DNA of 45,069 bases from Syntrophales bacterium (GTDB lineage: Bacteria; Desulfobacterota; Syntrophia; Syntrophales; UBA2251), in contig JALNWL010000002.1 of assembly GCA_023230905.1 (NCBI GenBank), positions 1 through 45,069 of the forward strand. The letters run 5' to 3'. Below, in pieces: positions 31,311 to 42,233 of the stretch; the stretch's first letter is position 1, and every line of letters begins with the position of its first letter. A program made the translations under genes and the position numbers. The notes beneath the pieces were generated by a model. The model was given only the letters and a program-made list of their open reading frames with translations. It ran no database searches and was not told the origin of the DNA.

Positions 31311-32261
31311 TTGGAAAAGATCCGGGTCGGTATCAGCACCTGTCTTCTGGGGAAGCATGTCCGGTATGACGGCGGTCACCAAGAGGATCGCTACCTGACG
31401 CACACCCTGTCCCGCTATTTCGACTGGGTGCCGGTCTGCCCGGAGGTCGAGTACGGCCTCGGCGTCCCCCGCGAGGCCATGCGCCTCGTCGGCGATCCGG
31501 AGCGGCCCCGCCTGGTCACGATCCGCACCGCCGTGGACCACACGGACGGCATGAAACGCTGGGCCCGGGAACGGCTCTCCGCCCTGGAGCGCGAGGGTCT
31601 CGGCGGCTTCGTTTTCAAGAGCAAATCTCCGAGTTCCGGCATGGCGGCCGTGAAGGTCTATCCGGACACCGGGGGCTCGCCGGTCAAGAAGGGCGTGGGC
31701 ATTTTCGCCGCGGCACTGATGGAGCGGTTTCCGCTACTGCCGGTGGAGGAAGACGGCCGCCTGCATGACCCGTCCCTCCGGGAGACCTTCCTGGAGCGGA
31801 TCTTCGTCTACCACCGCTGGCGGGAACTCTGGCGGGACGGGGGCCGGATGGCGGACCTAGTCCGGTTTCACGCCGAACACAAGCTCCTGCTTCTCTCCCA
31901 CAGCCCGAAACACGTCACCCTGCTGGGCCGTCTGGTCGCCAATCCGGAGCGCCGTCCGCTGCGGGCGCTCCGCGAGGCCTATCTGCGGGGCATGATGGAG
32001 GGGCTGAAACTGCCGGCGACGACGCGCAAGAACACGAACGTCCTCGATCATATGGCGGGATACTTCAAGAAGCGATTGACGGCGGACGAAAAGGAGGAAC
32101 TCCGAAACGTCATCGACCGGTATCATCGGGGACTCGTGCCCCTCGTCGTTCCCCTGACGCTCCTGGGTCACTACGTTCGGCGGTATGACGAGCCCTATCT
32201 GAAAAGACAGGTTTACCTGAACCCCCATCCGCTGGAGCTCATGCTACGAAACCACGTCTGA
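31311..32261 (+). CDS. DUF523 (TudS-like) plus DUF1722 (YbgA-like) fusion protein
   Basis: TTG start. IRVGISTCLLG...VRYDGG...VCPE is typical of DUF523, and the C-terminal half is YbgA-like (HKLLLLSHSP, YHRGLVPLVVP). Confidence 0.75.
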   Translation: MEKIRVGISTCLLGKHVRYDGGHQEDRYLTHTLSRYFDWVPVCPEVEYGLGVPREAMRLVGDPERPRLVTIRTAVDHTDGMKRWARERLSALEREGLGGFVFKSKSPSSGMAAVKVYPDTGGSPVKKGVGIFAAALMERFPLLPVEEDGRLHDPSLRETFLERIFVYHRWRELWRDGGRMADLVRFHAEHKLLLLSHSPKHVTLLGRLVANPERRPLRALREAYLRGMMEGLKLPATTRKNTNVLDHMAGYFKKRLTADEKEELRNVIDRYHRGLVPLVVPLTLLGHYVRRYDEPYLKRQVYLNPHPLELMLRNHV

Positions 32262-32264
32262 GCG

Positions 32265-33293
32265 TCAGCCCATCTGCCCCATCTCCGGATCGCGGGCAAA
32301 CGTCAATTCCCGCACCCGGACCTTCGCGCCGTCCGCGCTGATATCTTCGAGCCGGATCCCCCGCTCCCGGAGGCGCTCCGGCTGCTCCAGGATCCGGGCG
32401 GCGGCGGCGCGGTCCAGGACGTAAATCAGGTCTCCCCCCCGACGGGCGTAGATCTGCCCGTAGGAGATGGGGACGAGCGGCGTCGGGTCGTTCAGGAGAG
32501 AGTCAGCGACGGGCGCCGTCTTGCGCGTTCCGTTGGCGAGGAGGAGAACGGTGCCGGCGCGGTAGACGAGCTCCGCGCCCATGGAGACGGCGTAGCAGGG
32601 GCTTTCCTTCCGGGAGCGGAAGTGCCCGTCGGCAACGGCGTTGGCCACGGTGTTGTCGTCCAGACGGACGAGGAGCATGGTGTTATCCTCGAAGGGGATG
32701 CCGGACTCGTGAAAGGCGACGTGGCCTCGACCGCCCACGCCGATGACGTGCAGATCGATGCCGCCGTCCGCCTCGATTTTTTCGCGGTAGGCGTCGAGAA
32801 TCTCGCGGCGGATCCACTTCAGGTAGTCCGAGCGCGCATCGGCGCGGATAACGATGGCCCGGCCCCGGTCTTCGCCCTGTTCCGACCAGTCTTCGGGGTG
32901 GTCCGCCAGCTCCGCCGCCAGCCGTTCCTGATCCACCAGGGTGCCCCAGGGGACATATGTCGCGCCAAACTTTCTTTGCAGAAGCCCGAAGAGTTCCTGG
33001 ATCATGAAAAAGCTGTAGCCCTCCGGATGGAGGGCCCTCTGCTGCGCGTTTTCCCCCGGAAGACCGATATACTCGTCGAGGTTGAACGTGCGGATCCGGG
33101 CGGCGTCGATGTTCCCGGAGTTGACGGCCTTGGCCAGATGCTTGTAAAGCCCGGTCGGGCTGTTTCCCGTGGCGAGGCCCAGGATGCAGGAGGCCTTCTC
33201 CTGTAGCCGCTCCTGGATCCGCTGAATGACGATCTCGGCGGCCACTTCACTCATCTGGTCAAAGTCACGGGTGATGATGACCGTAAACGGCAT
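32265..33293 (-). CDS. glucosamine-6-phosphate deaminase family protein, long form
   Basis: GLATGNSPTGLY, FNLDEYIGL and HVIGVGGRGHVAFHE motifs of the NagB/SugarP_isomerase family. 342 aa. ATG 33293 follows a G-rich RBS. Confidence 0.8.
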   Translation of the reverse strand: MPFTVIITRDFDQMSEVAAEIVIQRIQERLQEKASCILGLATGNSPTGLYKHLAKAVNSGNIDAARIRTFNLDEYIGLPGENAQQRALHPEGYSFFMIQELFGLLQRKFGATYVPWGTLVDQERLAAELADHPEDWSEQGEDRGRAIVIRADARSDYLKWIRREILDAYREKIEADGGIDLHVIGVGGRGHVAFHESGIPFEDNTMLLVRLDDNTVANAVADGHFRSRKESPCYAVSMGAELVYRAGTVLLLANGTRKTAPVADSLLNDPTPLVPISYGQIYARRGGDLIYVLDRAAAARILEQPERLRERGIRLEDISADGAKVRVRELTFARDPEMGQMG

Positions 33294-33402
33294 GATAAAG
33301 TACCCCCCCTCGGTTCGTGCGGATGTCACCCCTCCCCGCCCGGTGCGCCCCGGACGATGGCTGAGAACGTCCGGACGGTGCCCGGGCCCCGTTCCGGATC
33401 GG

Positions 33403-34752
33403 CTATCCGATGGCGGCCTTTACGGCGTCGGCGATCTGCCGGCAGGCCCGGTCCGTCTCTTCCGGCGTCGGCCCCTCCACCATAACCCGGCACATGTTTT
33501 GGGTGCCGGAATATCGGACGAGCACGCGCCCCTGGCTTCCCAGGCCCGCCTCCACCTCCCGGATGACAGTCATGATTTGCGGAACCGTCGCGATCTCCGG
33601 ACGAGACTTCGTATCCACGTTGATCAGGGACTGCGGAAAGACGGTCATGACCCGGGCCAGTTCGGAAAGGGGTTTGCTCTCCTTTTTCATTGCGGCGACG
33701 ACCTGCAGCGCGGTCAGAATGCCGTCCCCGGTAGTGTGCTCCCTGAGATAGATGATGTGTCCGGAATCCTCGCCGCCGATGGCGGATCCGCGGGCCTGCA
33801 TCTCTTCCAGGACGTAACGGTCCCCCACCCTGGTCATGATCGAGTCGATGCCGAGCTTTTCGAAAGCCACGGTCAGCCCGATGTTGCTCATGACGGTCCG
33901 CACGACAAGGTTGTTCGTCAGGGTCCCTTCCTTTTTCATGACGTATGCGCACAGGGCGATGATCTGGTCGCCGGTCAGGACCGTGCCCGTCTCGTCCACC
34001 GCGATGCAGCGGTCGCCGTCGCCGTCGAAGGCGAACCCCACGTCGGCCTTTTGTCGCAGGATCTCCTGGGCCAAACCTTCCGGGTGCTGCGAGCCGCAGG
34101 TCGCGTTGATGTTCCTCCCGTTGGGCTGATCGAACAGGGTGACGACCTCCGCCCCCAGTTCCAGGAAGGTTTCCGGGGCAACGCGATAGGCGGCCCCGTT
34201 GGCGCAGTCGAGGACGATCTTCATGCCTTCCAGGGTGTACTCCTTCGGAAAGGTGTGCTTGAGAAAGACGATGTAGCGGCCTCGGGCATCGTCCATCCGG
34301 TACGCTTTGCCCAGTTCGGTCGGAGACGGATGGAGTTTGTCCAGGTTGTTCGCAAAGATCATGTCTTCGATGGCCGCTTCCTTTTCGTCGGGGAGCTTGA
34401 AGCCCTCGCCGGAGAAGATCTTGATGCCGTTGTCCTGGAAGGGGTTGTGGGAGGCGGAGATGACGATGCCGGCGTCGACGCGCATGCTGTTGGTCAGGTA
34501 GGCGATGCCCGGTGTAGGGAGCACCCCGACCAGGATGGCATCCACCCCCATGGAACAAATCCCGGATACGAGTGCATTCTCAAGCATGTAACCGGAAACC
34601 CGGGTGTCCTTGCCGATAATGATTTTCGGGGCATGCCCTGCCCGCTTGAACTGCAGGGCTGTGGCCCGGCCGATGTTCAGGGCCATTTCCGCGGTCATGG
34701 GGTATTGATTGGCGACCCCCCGCACGCCGTCCGTTCCGAACAGTTTTCCCAT
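33403..34752 (-). CDS. glmM: phosphoglucosamine mutase
   Basis: MGKLFGTDGVRG start, phospho-Ser loop SASHNP, DGDGDR, GGEDSGH. AGGAGG precedes ATG 34752. Confidence 0.95.
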   Translation of the reverse strand: MGKLFGTDGVRGVANQYPMTAEMALNIGRATALQFKRAGHAPKIIIGKDTRVSGYMLENALVSGICSMGVDAILVGVLPTPGIAYLTNSMRVDAGIVISASHNPFQDNGIKIFSGEGFKLPDEKEAAIEDMIFANNLDKLHPSPTELGKAYRMDDARGRYIVFLKHTFPKEYTLEGMKIVLDCANGAAYRVAPETFLELGAEVVTLFDQPNGRNINATCGSQHPEGLAQEILRQKADVGFAFDGDGDRCIAVDETGTVLTGDQIIALCAYVMKKEGTLTNNLVVRTVMSNIGLTVAFEKLGIDSIMTRVGDRYVLEEMQARGSAIGGEDSGHIIYLREHTTGDGILTALQVVAAMKKESKPLSELARVMTVFPQSLINVDTKSRPEIATVPQIMTVIREVEAGLGSQGRVLVRYSGTQNMCRVMVEGPTPEETDRACRQIADAVKAAIG

Positions 34753-35021
34753 ACCCCTCCTCCTTGGTGGGCCTTTTTGCGCCGCTGGGATCGGGCCGCC
34801 GCACGGTGGCGTGCTCCTCAACGCATTACGGTTCTTGCCCCGCCGGAATCATTCAGAAAAGCGTCACTGTCTACCCCTTCCCGGGCGGAATTGCAACCGG
34901 AAAATGAAGGGGGCGCCGCCCGTCGGATTTCGGGTTTCCGCCCTCGGCGGAAGGGGTCCAACCTTTTCACGGGCGTCCGCGTTTCATGTCATCCAGTCTC
35001 TTGAGTTCGGCGACGAATTGA

Positions 35022-36047
<1,026 letters not shown>

Positions 36048-36102
36048 CGGGCAAGGGGGAAAACGTTTGATTCTCCCGTGATCCCGGGTTCTTGAAAATA
36101 TA

Positions 36103-36117
36103 TCCGCCCCGGGCGGA
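36103..36117 (+). terminator. short hairpin after mdh
   Basis: TCCGCC-CCG-GGCGGA followed by ATTTATT. Confidence 0.35.
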
Positions 36118-36126
36118 ATTTATTGC

Positions 36127-36155
36127 TTGACAGGCGTTGGTTTTATCACTATGAG
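36127..36155 (+). promoter_or_regulatory. sigma-70-type promoter (TTGACA-17 bp-TATGAG) of the tetR operon
   Basis: Perfect -35 at 36127-36132, 17-bp spacer, and a 4/6 -10 at 36150-36155. Confidence 0.45.
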
Positions 36156-36164
36156 TGTGTCGAT

Positions 36165-36178
36165 TGACTGATCAGTCA
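36165..36178. promoter_or_regulatory. perfect 14-bp palindrome TGACTGATCAGTCA, candidate TetR operator
   Basis: Located just downstream of the -10 element and 24 nt upstream of the tetR start. Confidence 0.5.
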
Positions 36179-36201
36179 CTTCATGGACGGGGGACCCGCT
36201 T

Positions 36202-36819
36202 ATGGATGAAGCAACCACCCAGAAGAAGGACATCATCCTGAACGCCGCCATCAAGGTCTTTGCCGAGAAGGGGTACTACTCCAGCCGGACCCTGGATATT
36301 TCGAACGAGGCCGGGGTGGCGTACGGCTCTCTGTACCACTACTTCCGAAGCAAGGACGACATCCTCATGTCCATTTTTCAGGAACGTTGGAATCTCCTGA
36401 TCGCCAAGGTAAGGCAGGTGCGAGAACAGGGGTCCGGCCCGGAGGAACAACTGGGGATGGTGATCGACTTCATCTTCCGCAGTTACCGGCAAAACCCCGA
36501 TCTCCTCAAGGTCATGATCATGGATGTTCCCCGACTGGACAAATTCTACAACCCGGAAAACTGGAAGCTCTACAACCTGTTCTTCCGCGGCCTGATGGAG
36601 ATTTTTCACGAGGGGCAGGAGCAGGGTGTCTTCGCCGCGGATGTCTCGCCGATCCTGGCCACCATCATCATGCACGGGGCGGTGGATGCCACGATCCGCC
36701 AGTACGTCTACAATCCGGAATTCAACAAGGAGGAATTCCCCGTCGAGGAAGCGCGGGGTCAGATCATGATGGTCCTGCGGCGAGGGTTTTCCAAGAAGGT
36801 GGAGGGCGAAAAATCTTAA
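36202..36819 (+). CDS. TetR/AcrR family transcriptional regulator
   Basis: N-terminal HTH: ILNAAIKVFAEKGYYSSRTLDISNEAGVAYGSLYHYFRSKDDIL. Confidence 0.9.
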   Translation: MDEATTQKKDIILNAAIKVFAEKGYYSSRTLDISNEAGVAYGSLYHYFRSKDDILMSIFQERWNLLIAKVRQVREQGSGPEEQLGMVIDFIFRSYRQNPDLLKVMIMDVPRLDKFYNPENWKLYNLFFRGLMEIFHEGQEQGVFAADVSPILATIIMHGAVDATIRQYVYNPEFNKEEFPVEEARGQIMMVLRRGFSKKVEGEKS

Positions 36820-36948
36820 GAGAACGATCGGCCGGGCCGGGGTTTCCGGCGGAGAGCCGATTCGCGTGCAGGATCGGAACGTGCGAGGGCCGGGGTTCCT
36901 GAAGCCCGATGTCCGGTACCCGGGGCCAAATTTTTGAGGGAGGTTTTC

Positions 36949-38751
36949 ATGGGGCAGAATTTTTACAAGCGCGACGACCGGGACGTCAAGTTCGTCCTGA
37001 AGGAACATCTGGGAATTAAGCGTCTGCTCGAATTCGAGCCGTATTCGGCCTTTACGATGGAGGATTTCGACATGATCCTCGACCAGGCCCAGAAGATCGC
37101 GGCCAATGATATCGCGCCGACCTTTCAGGACGGAGATCGCGAGGGATGCCATTTTGACCAGGGCAAGGTTACCGTTCCCCGGTCGTTTCACGATTGCTGG
37201 AATGTCTTCAAGGAGGGTAGCTGGTTTGCCCTGCCGCTCAAGCCCGATTACGGCGGACAGGGTATCCCCCTGATCATCGCCGAAGCCGCCCAGGAATTCT
37301 TCATGAGCGCCAACTTCGCCTTCGGCTGTTTCTCCGGGATGGGCCCCGGGAACGGCGCCATGATCGAAAACTACGGGTCTCAGGCGATCAAGGACCTGTT
37401 CTGCGCCAAGATGTACGACGGGACCTGGGGCGGGGGCATGTGCCTGACGGAACCGGCGGTGGGTTCAGACGCCCACATGGTCTCGACGAAGGCGATTCCC
37501 GACGGGTCGAACTACAAGATCCAGGGGACCAAGATCTTCATCACCTCCGGGGAGCACGACCTGACGGAGAATATCGTCCACCTGGTCATTGCCCGGATCG
37601 AGGGGGCGCCGGCCGGCGCCAAGGGGGTTTCCCTGTTCGCCGTGCCGAAGATCTGGGTGAACGAGGATGGGAGCCTGGGGGAACCCAACGACGTGGCCTG
37701 TATCGGGATCGAGCACAAGATGGGCCTCAACGGCTCGGCGACCTGCGTCATGAATTTCGGCGAGAACGGCCGGTGCCGCGGCCATCTGGTGGGGGAGGCG
37801 GGCATGGGACTTGCCTACATGTTCCAGATGGTCAACGTCGCCCGCATGGCCGTGGGACTGGAATCGGTGGCCTTCGGGGCGAACATCTACGCGAACGTCC
37901 TGGCGTACGCCAAGGAGCGGGTCCAGGGGACGCCGTTCGGCAAGGGTGGCGCCAGGGTGCGGATCGTGGAGCACGCGGATGTCCGTCGGATGCTCATGAA
38001 TTTGAAGTCCCTGACCGAGGGGATGCGGGCCCTGGTCTACAAGACGTACTTCATGGAGGATCTGGCCAAGAACAGCCTCGACGAGGCCGAGCGGAAGCGG
38101 GCGAAGGGTCGCCTCGAACTCTTCACGCCGCTCGTCAAGGCGTACTGTTCGGACCGGATCTTCGAGATGGGCCGGGAGGGGATCCAGATCCTGGGCGGGT
38201 ACGGCTTCACGAAGGAGTACCCGGTGGAGCAGTACACCCGGGATTGCAAGATCTTCTCTATCTGGGATGGGACGAACTTCATCCAGTCGGCGGACCTGGT
38301 CGGCCGCAAGCTCAGCATGGGCGGCGGCGCGGTCTTTAAGGGCTGGATCGATGAAGTCACGGCCTTCATCGGGACCCACAAGTCAGAGACGGCCTTCTCC
38401 GGGGAGTTGGAAATTCTGGAGGAGGCCCTTCAGACCGTGGCGGGGCTCGCCCTAGACTACGCGAAGTATCTCAGCGAGGGCAAGCTCGATCTGGTGCCGT
38501 TGACGTCGACCCGTTTCCTGGACTGCGCGGCGGAGGTGGCCATTGCCCATCTCTTGCTGGAACAGGGAATGATCGCCCTCGGGACGCTTGAGCAGGGTCA
38601 ATGCGGGGGGGCCGACCAGGCGTTTTACAGGGGAAAGGTGGAGACGGTGCGTTACTACTGCCGCAATTTCCTGCCCCAGGTTTTTGGGCGCGCGCGGATC
38701 ATCCGGATGGAAGATACGACGGCTGTTGAGATTCCGGAGGATTACCTCTAG
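36949..38751 (+). CDS. long (600-aa) acyl-CoA dehydrogenase
   Basis: ACAD core (CLTEPAVGSD, YKIQGTKIFITSG, ILGGYGFTKEYPVEQYTRDCKIFSIWDGTN) with N- and C-terminal extensions. ATG 36949 follows GAGGGAGG. Confidence 0.9.
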   Translation: MGQNFYKRDDRDVKFVLKEHLGIKRLLEFEPYSAFTMEDFDMILDQAQKIAANDIAPTFQDGDREGCHFDQGKVTVPRSFHDCWNVFKEGSWFALPLKPDYGGQGIPLIIAEAAQEFFMSANFAFGCFSGMGPGNGAMIENYGSQAIKDLFCAKMYDGTWGGGMCLTEPAVGSDAHMVSTKAIPDGSNYKIQGTKIFITSGEHDLTENIVHLVIARIEGAPAGAKGVSLFAVPKIWVNEDGSLGEPNDVACIGIEHKMGLNGSATCVMNFGENGRCRGHLVGEAGMGLAYMFQMVNVARMAVGLESVAFGANIYANVLAYAKERVQGTPFGKGGARVRIVEHADVRRMLMNLKSLTEGMRALVYKTYFMEDLAKNSLDEAERKRAKGRLELFTPLVKAYCSDRIFEMGREGIQILGGYGFTKEYPVEQYTRDCKIFSIWDGTNFIQSADLVGRKLSMGGGAVFKGWIDEVTAFIGTHKSETAFSGELEILEEALQTVAGLALDYAKYLSEGKLDLVPLTSTRFLDCAAEVAIAHLLLEQGMIALGTLEQGQCGGADQAFYRGKVETVRYYCRNFLPQVFGRARIIRMEDTTAVEIPEDYL

Positions 38752-38787
38752 GCATAAACCGATAGGGATTGAAGGAGGCAACACAGG

Positions 38788-39240
38788 ATGGAGAAATCGT
38801 ATTTTGAGGATTACACCGTAGGCGAAAAGTTTATCTCTCCGGCGCGCACGATCACCGAGACCGACATCACGTTGTTCGCCGCCTTCACGGGGGACTGGCA
38901 TCCGCTCCACACGGACGTGGAATTCGCGAAAAAGACCTTCTTCGGCGAGCGCATCGCCCACGGGATGCTGAGCCTGTGCGTCGGCAGCGCCCTGATTTTC
39001 CGACTGGGACCCTATGTGGCCCTGCCCAAGTCGTTCATCGCCTTCTACGGGATGGATTCCGTCCGCTTCGTCGGAGCGGTCAAGATCGGGGACACCATCC
39101 ATTGCGAAGGGGAGATCATGGATCTCCAGGCCAAGGACGACAAGCGGGGCGTCATCGTTTCCAAGAATTCGATCAAGAACCAGCGGGGAGAAGACGTCGT
39201 GATCTATACGACCCGGGCCCTCGTCGGGCGCAAACCCTGA
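38788..39240 (+). CDS. MaoC-family (R)-specific enoyl-CoA hydratase/dehydratase
   Basis: Hot-dog fold motifs: FAAFTGDWHPLHTD, AHGML. Confidence 0.85.
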   Translation: MEKSYFEDYTVGEKFISPARTITETDITLFAAFTGDWHPLHTDVEFAKKTFFGERIAHGMLSLCVGSALIFRLGPYVALPKSFIAFYGMDSVRFVGAVKIGDTIHCEGEIMDLQAKDDKRGVIVSKNSIKNQRGEDVVIYTTRALVGRKP

Positions 39241-39303
39241 AAGGTAAAGTCTTCAGCGCAAACGGAAAGATCGGGATCTTCGAAGATCTCGCGGAGTGAG
39301 AGG

Positions 39304-40170
39304 ATGGCGGGGAAGGGATCGATATTCCTCAATCAGGGGCGCCGGGCCGTGCGGTGTGGCGGATTCCTGGGTGCGCGGTTGCGTTCCGGGTCCGGACGGC
39401 CGGACTACCTGATGGGGGTCGGGGACTGCATGCTCCTGGACTTCCGCAAGGGATTCTTCGCCGTCGCCGACAGTTCGGAGCGTAATTCCTCGTCCTCGCG
39501 GGCCTTCATGCTCCGGTTTGCCGGCCTGCTGGAGGGATTGGACGGCATCGGCGCCCCACGATCCTTCGACGATGCGCAGCAGGCGGCGCTCAGAGAGGAG
39601 GTGGAACGTCAATCCGAGAAGATTCTGGGGGAGATGTCCTTTACGGACAGTTGCACCTTCACCGGCGTTCTGATCCTGAAGTCGGCGACGGGATGCCGGG
39701 GCCTGCTTCTTCACACCGGCGACAGCCTCCTTCTGCATTATGACCTGGGCGCCGCGACGGCTCTCCAGGTCACCCGGAGCAATTTCTGGATGGTGGGTCG
39801 GACCCCTCGGTTTTTCCAGGTGGAGTACCTATCCTTTTCGGATGAATCCCGGTTGCTTCTTTCCACGGACGGCTTTACCTATCTCAGAACGCCGCCGCCG
39901 GAACGCCGGGAGGATTTTATCCGCGGGCTTTTCGAAGAACATCCGGTGGAGGATATTCCGGATATTCTGATCGACGGTTACGACGCCGGGGACATCGCCA
40001 AGGATGACCTGGCCCTGATCAGCCTGCGACCCGCGGGGCTCTGTTTCCACGATCAACGCATCATTCTCGGGGGGACCACGAGCCACGTCGAGCGGAGCTT
40101 CCGGGAAGGACAGACGGATGGCCGTTACGAGGATCTTTATACGCCCGTGCTACAGGCCGGGGCGGCATGA
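39304..40170 (+). CDS. hypothetical protein with a degenerate PP2C/SpoIIE-like fold
   Basis: FFAVADSSERNSSSS aligns with the PP2C AVADGMGGH motif, LLLSTDGF with CSDGL, and KDDLALISL with DNITVVV. Coding-like composition and operon position. Confidence 0.45.
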   Translation: MAGKGSIFLNQGRRAVRCGGFLGARLRSGSGRPDYLMGVGDCMLLDFRKGFFAVADSSERNSSSSRAFMLRFAGLLEGLDGIGAPRSFDDAQQAALREEVERQSEKILGEMSFTDSCTFTGVLILKSATGCRGLLLHTGDSLLLHYDLGAATALQVTRSNFWMVGRTPRFFQVEYLSFSDESRLLLSTDGFTYLRTPPPERREDFIRGLFEEHPVEDIPDILIDGYDAGDIAKDDLALISLRPAGLCFHDQRIILGGTTSHVERSFREGQTDGRYEDLYTPVLQAGAA

Positions 40171-40201
40171 AACGAACGAACGAGAAGGGAGAGATCAGGG
40201 C

Positions 40202-41341
40202 GTGTACGTAAACTATTTTGGAGAGTCGCACGAGATGCTGCGGGCCAGCATCCGCAAATTCGTGGAGCGGGAAATCAAGCCCCATATCGAGCATTGGGAG
40301 GAGGAAGGAACGTTCCCCCTCGAACTCTACAAAAAGGCCGGCGACGCGGGCTTCCTCGGCCTGGGATCGCCGGAGGAATATGGCGGAACGCCCGCGGACA
40401 TCTTCCATCAGGTGGCCTACACGGAGGAGATCCTCCGCTGCGGGTCCGTGGGACTCGTCTCCAGCCTGGGTTCCAGCGCCATTGCGGTTCCCCCGATCCT
40501 GGCCCTGGGGACGGAGGCGCAGAAACGAAAATACGTTCCCCCCGTCCTGGCCGGCGACCAGGTGGCCGTCCTCGGCGTGACCGAACCCAGCGGCGGCTCC
40601 GATGTGGCCAACCTGCTGACCCGGGCCGTCCGCAAGGGCGACACGTTCATCGTCAACGGGTCGAAGACCTTCATCACGAGCGGCACCCGGGCGGACTATG
40701 TCACCACGGCCGTCCGCACCGGCGGCTCGGGGCACAGCGGCATCAGCCTGCTCGTCATCGAGCGGGGAACCCCCGGATTCACGGTTTCCAAGAAGCTGGA
40801 GAAGATGGGCTGGTGGGCCTCCGATACGGCGGAGCTCTCCTTCGACGACTGTGTCGTTCCGGCGGAGAATCTGCTCGGTGAGGAGAACAAGGGCTTCTAC
40901 GGGATCATGCTCAACTTCCAGAAGGAGCGCCTCTATCTGGCGGTCGAGGCCCACGCGGTGGCGGAAATGGCCCTGGAGGAATCCATCCGCTATGCCAAGG
41001 AGCGCACGGCCTTCGGCAAGCCCCTGACGGGGTTCCAGGTGACGCGCCACAAACTCGCCGAAATGGCGACGCTGCTGGAGGCCTCCAAGCAGTTCAACTA
41101 CCGCGTGGCGGCCATGATCGGCGAGGGGATGAACGCCTACCGGGATGTCTGCATGGCCAAGAATTTCGCCACGAAGGTCTGCGACCGGATCGTCTACGAC
41201 GCCGTGCAGATCCACGGCGGTTACGGCTATTGCCGGGAGTATCTGGTGGAGCGGCTCTACCGCGATTCGCGGCTCTTCTCCATCGGCGGCGGCACGTACG
41301 AGATCATGAACGAAGTCATCAGCAAGCAGATGGGATTCTAA
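40202..41341 (+). CDS. acyl-CoA dehydrogenase (380-aa class)
   Basis: LGVTEPSGGSD, GSKTFITSG, IHGGYGY.REY.VERLYRD.R...IGGGT.EIM. GTG 40202 follows GAAGGGAG. Confidence 0.9.
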   Translation: MYVNYFGESHEMLRASIRKFVEREIKPHIEHWEEEGTFPLELYKKAGDAGFLGLGSPEEYGGTPADIFHQVAYTEEILRCGSVGLVSSLGSSAIAVPPILALGTEAQKRKYVPPVLAGDQVAVLGVTEPSGGSDVANLLTRAVRKGDTFIVNGSKTFITSGTRADYVTTAVRTGGSGHSGISLLVIERGTPGFTVSKKLEKMGWWASDTAELSFDDCVVPAENLLGEENKGFYGIMLNFQKERLYLAVEAHAVAEMALEESIRYAKERTAFGKPLTGFQVTRHKLAEMATLLEASKQFNYRVAAMIGEGMNAYRDVCMAKNFATKVCDRIVYDAVQIHGGYGYCREYLVERLYRDSRLFSIGGGTYEIMNEVISKQMGF

Positions 41342-41348
41342 GCCGTCG

Positions 41349-42068
41349 ATGGACATCGATCTCCACATTCACACGAACCGGTACTCCGGCTGCAGCAATA
41401 TCGATCCGGCGAAACTCCTGAAGAAGGCACGGGCCGTGGGTCTGGACGGGATTGCCCTGACGGAGCACGGCATCCGCTGGAGCGACGACCAGATCGAACA
41501 GCTTCGCCGCGCGAGCGGCGTCCGGGATCTTTTGATCATTCCCGGTCAGGAGGTGGCCTGCTACTGGCGTCACGGCCGCTTCCAGGGGGAGTTTCTCGTG
41601 TTCGGCTATCCGAAGAGCCTCGGCTCCAGCCGGTCGGCGGAGGAGGTGATCGAACTCGTCCACGCGGAGGGTGGCGTGGTCGTCGCCGCCCACCCCTTCA
41701 AGAAGTTTCGCCACGGCGACGAGGGGTATTACGGTGCGGGGAAACAGGTCTACGATTTCCACGTGGACGGCCTGGAGGTGGAGCACCCGGATTACGACGA
41801 CGAGGCTCGAACCCAGGCGGCGGAGGCCATGGCGTCCATGGGCATTGCCGGGACCGGCGCCAGCGATTCCCATGCCCTGCACACCGTGGGGATCTGCCGG
41901 ACCGTCTTTGAACGGCCGGTGAACGGGGTGGCCGAGCTGTGTGAAGAGATCCGCTCGGGACGCCTGAAGGCGTTGAATTTGGTGAACGGACGGGGCGTTC
42001 AGGCCCGGCCTTCGGGTCCGGACGCGCCCTCCTGCGAAACGCGGGCGGCCACCCCATCGCTGTTGTAG
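41349..42068 (+). CDS. PHP-domain metal-dependent phosphoesterase
   Basis: MDIDLHIHTNRYSGCS, GIALTEHG, AAHPF, GTGASDSH. Confidence 0.8.
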   Translation: MDIDLHIHTNRYSGCSNIDPAKLLKKARAVGLDGIALTEHGIRWSDDQIEQLRRASGVRDLLIIPGQEVACYWRHGRFQGEFLVFGYPKSLGSSRSAEEVIELVHAEGGVVVAAHPFKKFRHGDEGYYGAGKQVYDFHVDGLEVEHPDYDDEARTQAAEAMASMGIAGTGASDSHALHTVGICRTVFERPVNGVAELCEEIRSGRLKALNLVNGRGVQARPSGPDAPSCETRAATPSLL

Positions 42069-42233
42069 GAAACGCGCCCGCCAGGCGGTGCGCCATCGCG
42101 CTGACTGAAAAGGGTCGGCATCGTTTTGTTATCGGGGACCCTCCCGTTCCGATGTGCTTACTCCTCCCCGATCCGTGTCCGGTTTTGCGAATCCCCGGAA
42201 GTGGTATCCGGGTCATTTTTCGTCAGGAGTGTG

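Noticed and set aside
36834-36899. Direct repeat GGGCCGGGGTT(T)CC at 36834 and 36887 in the spacer before the long ACAD gene
   Set aside because: Short, GC-only and imperfect. It could arise by chance in this composition, and I see no supporting structure or partner sites.
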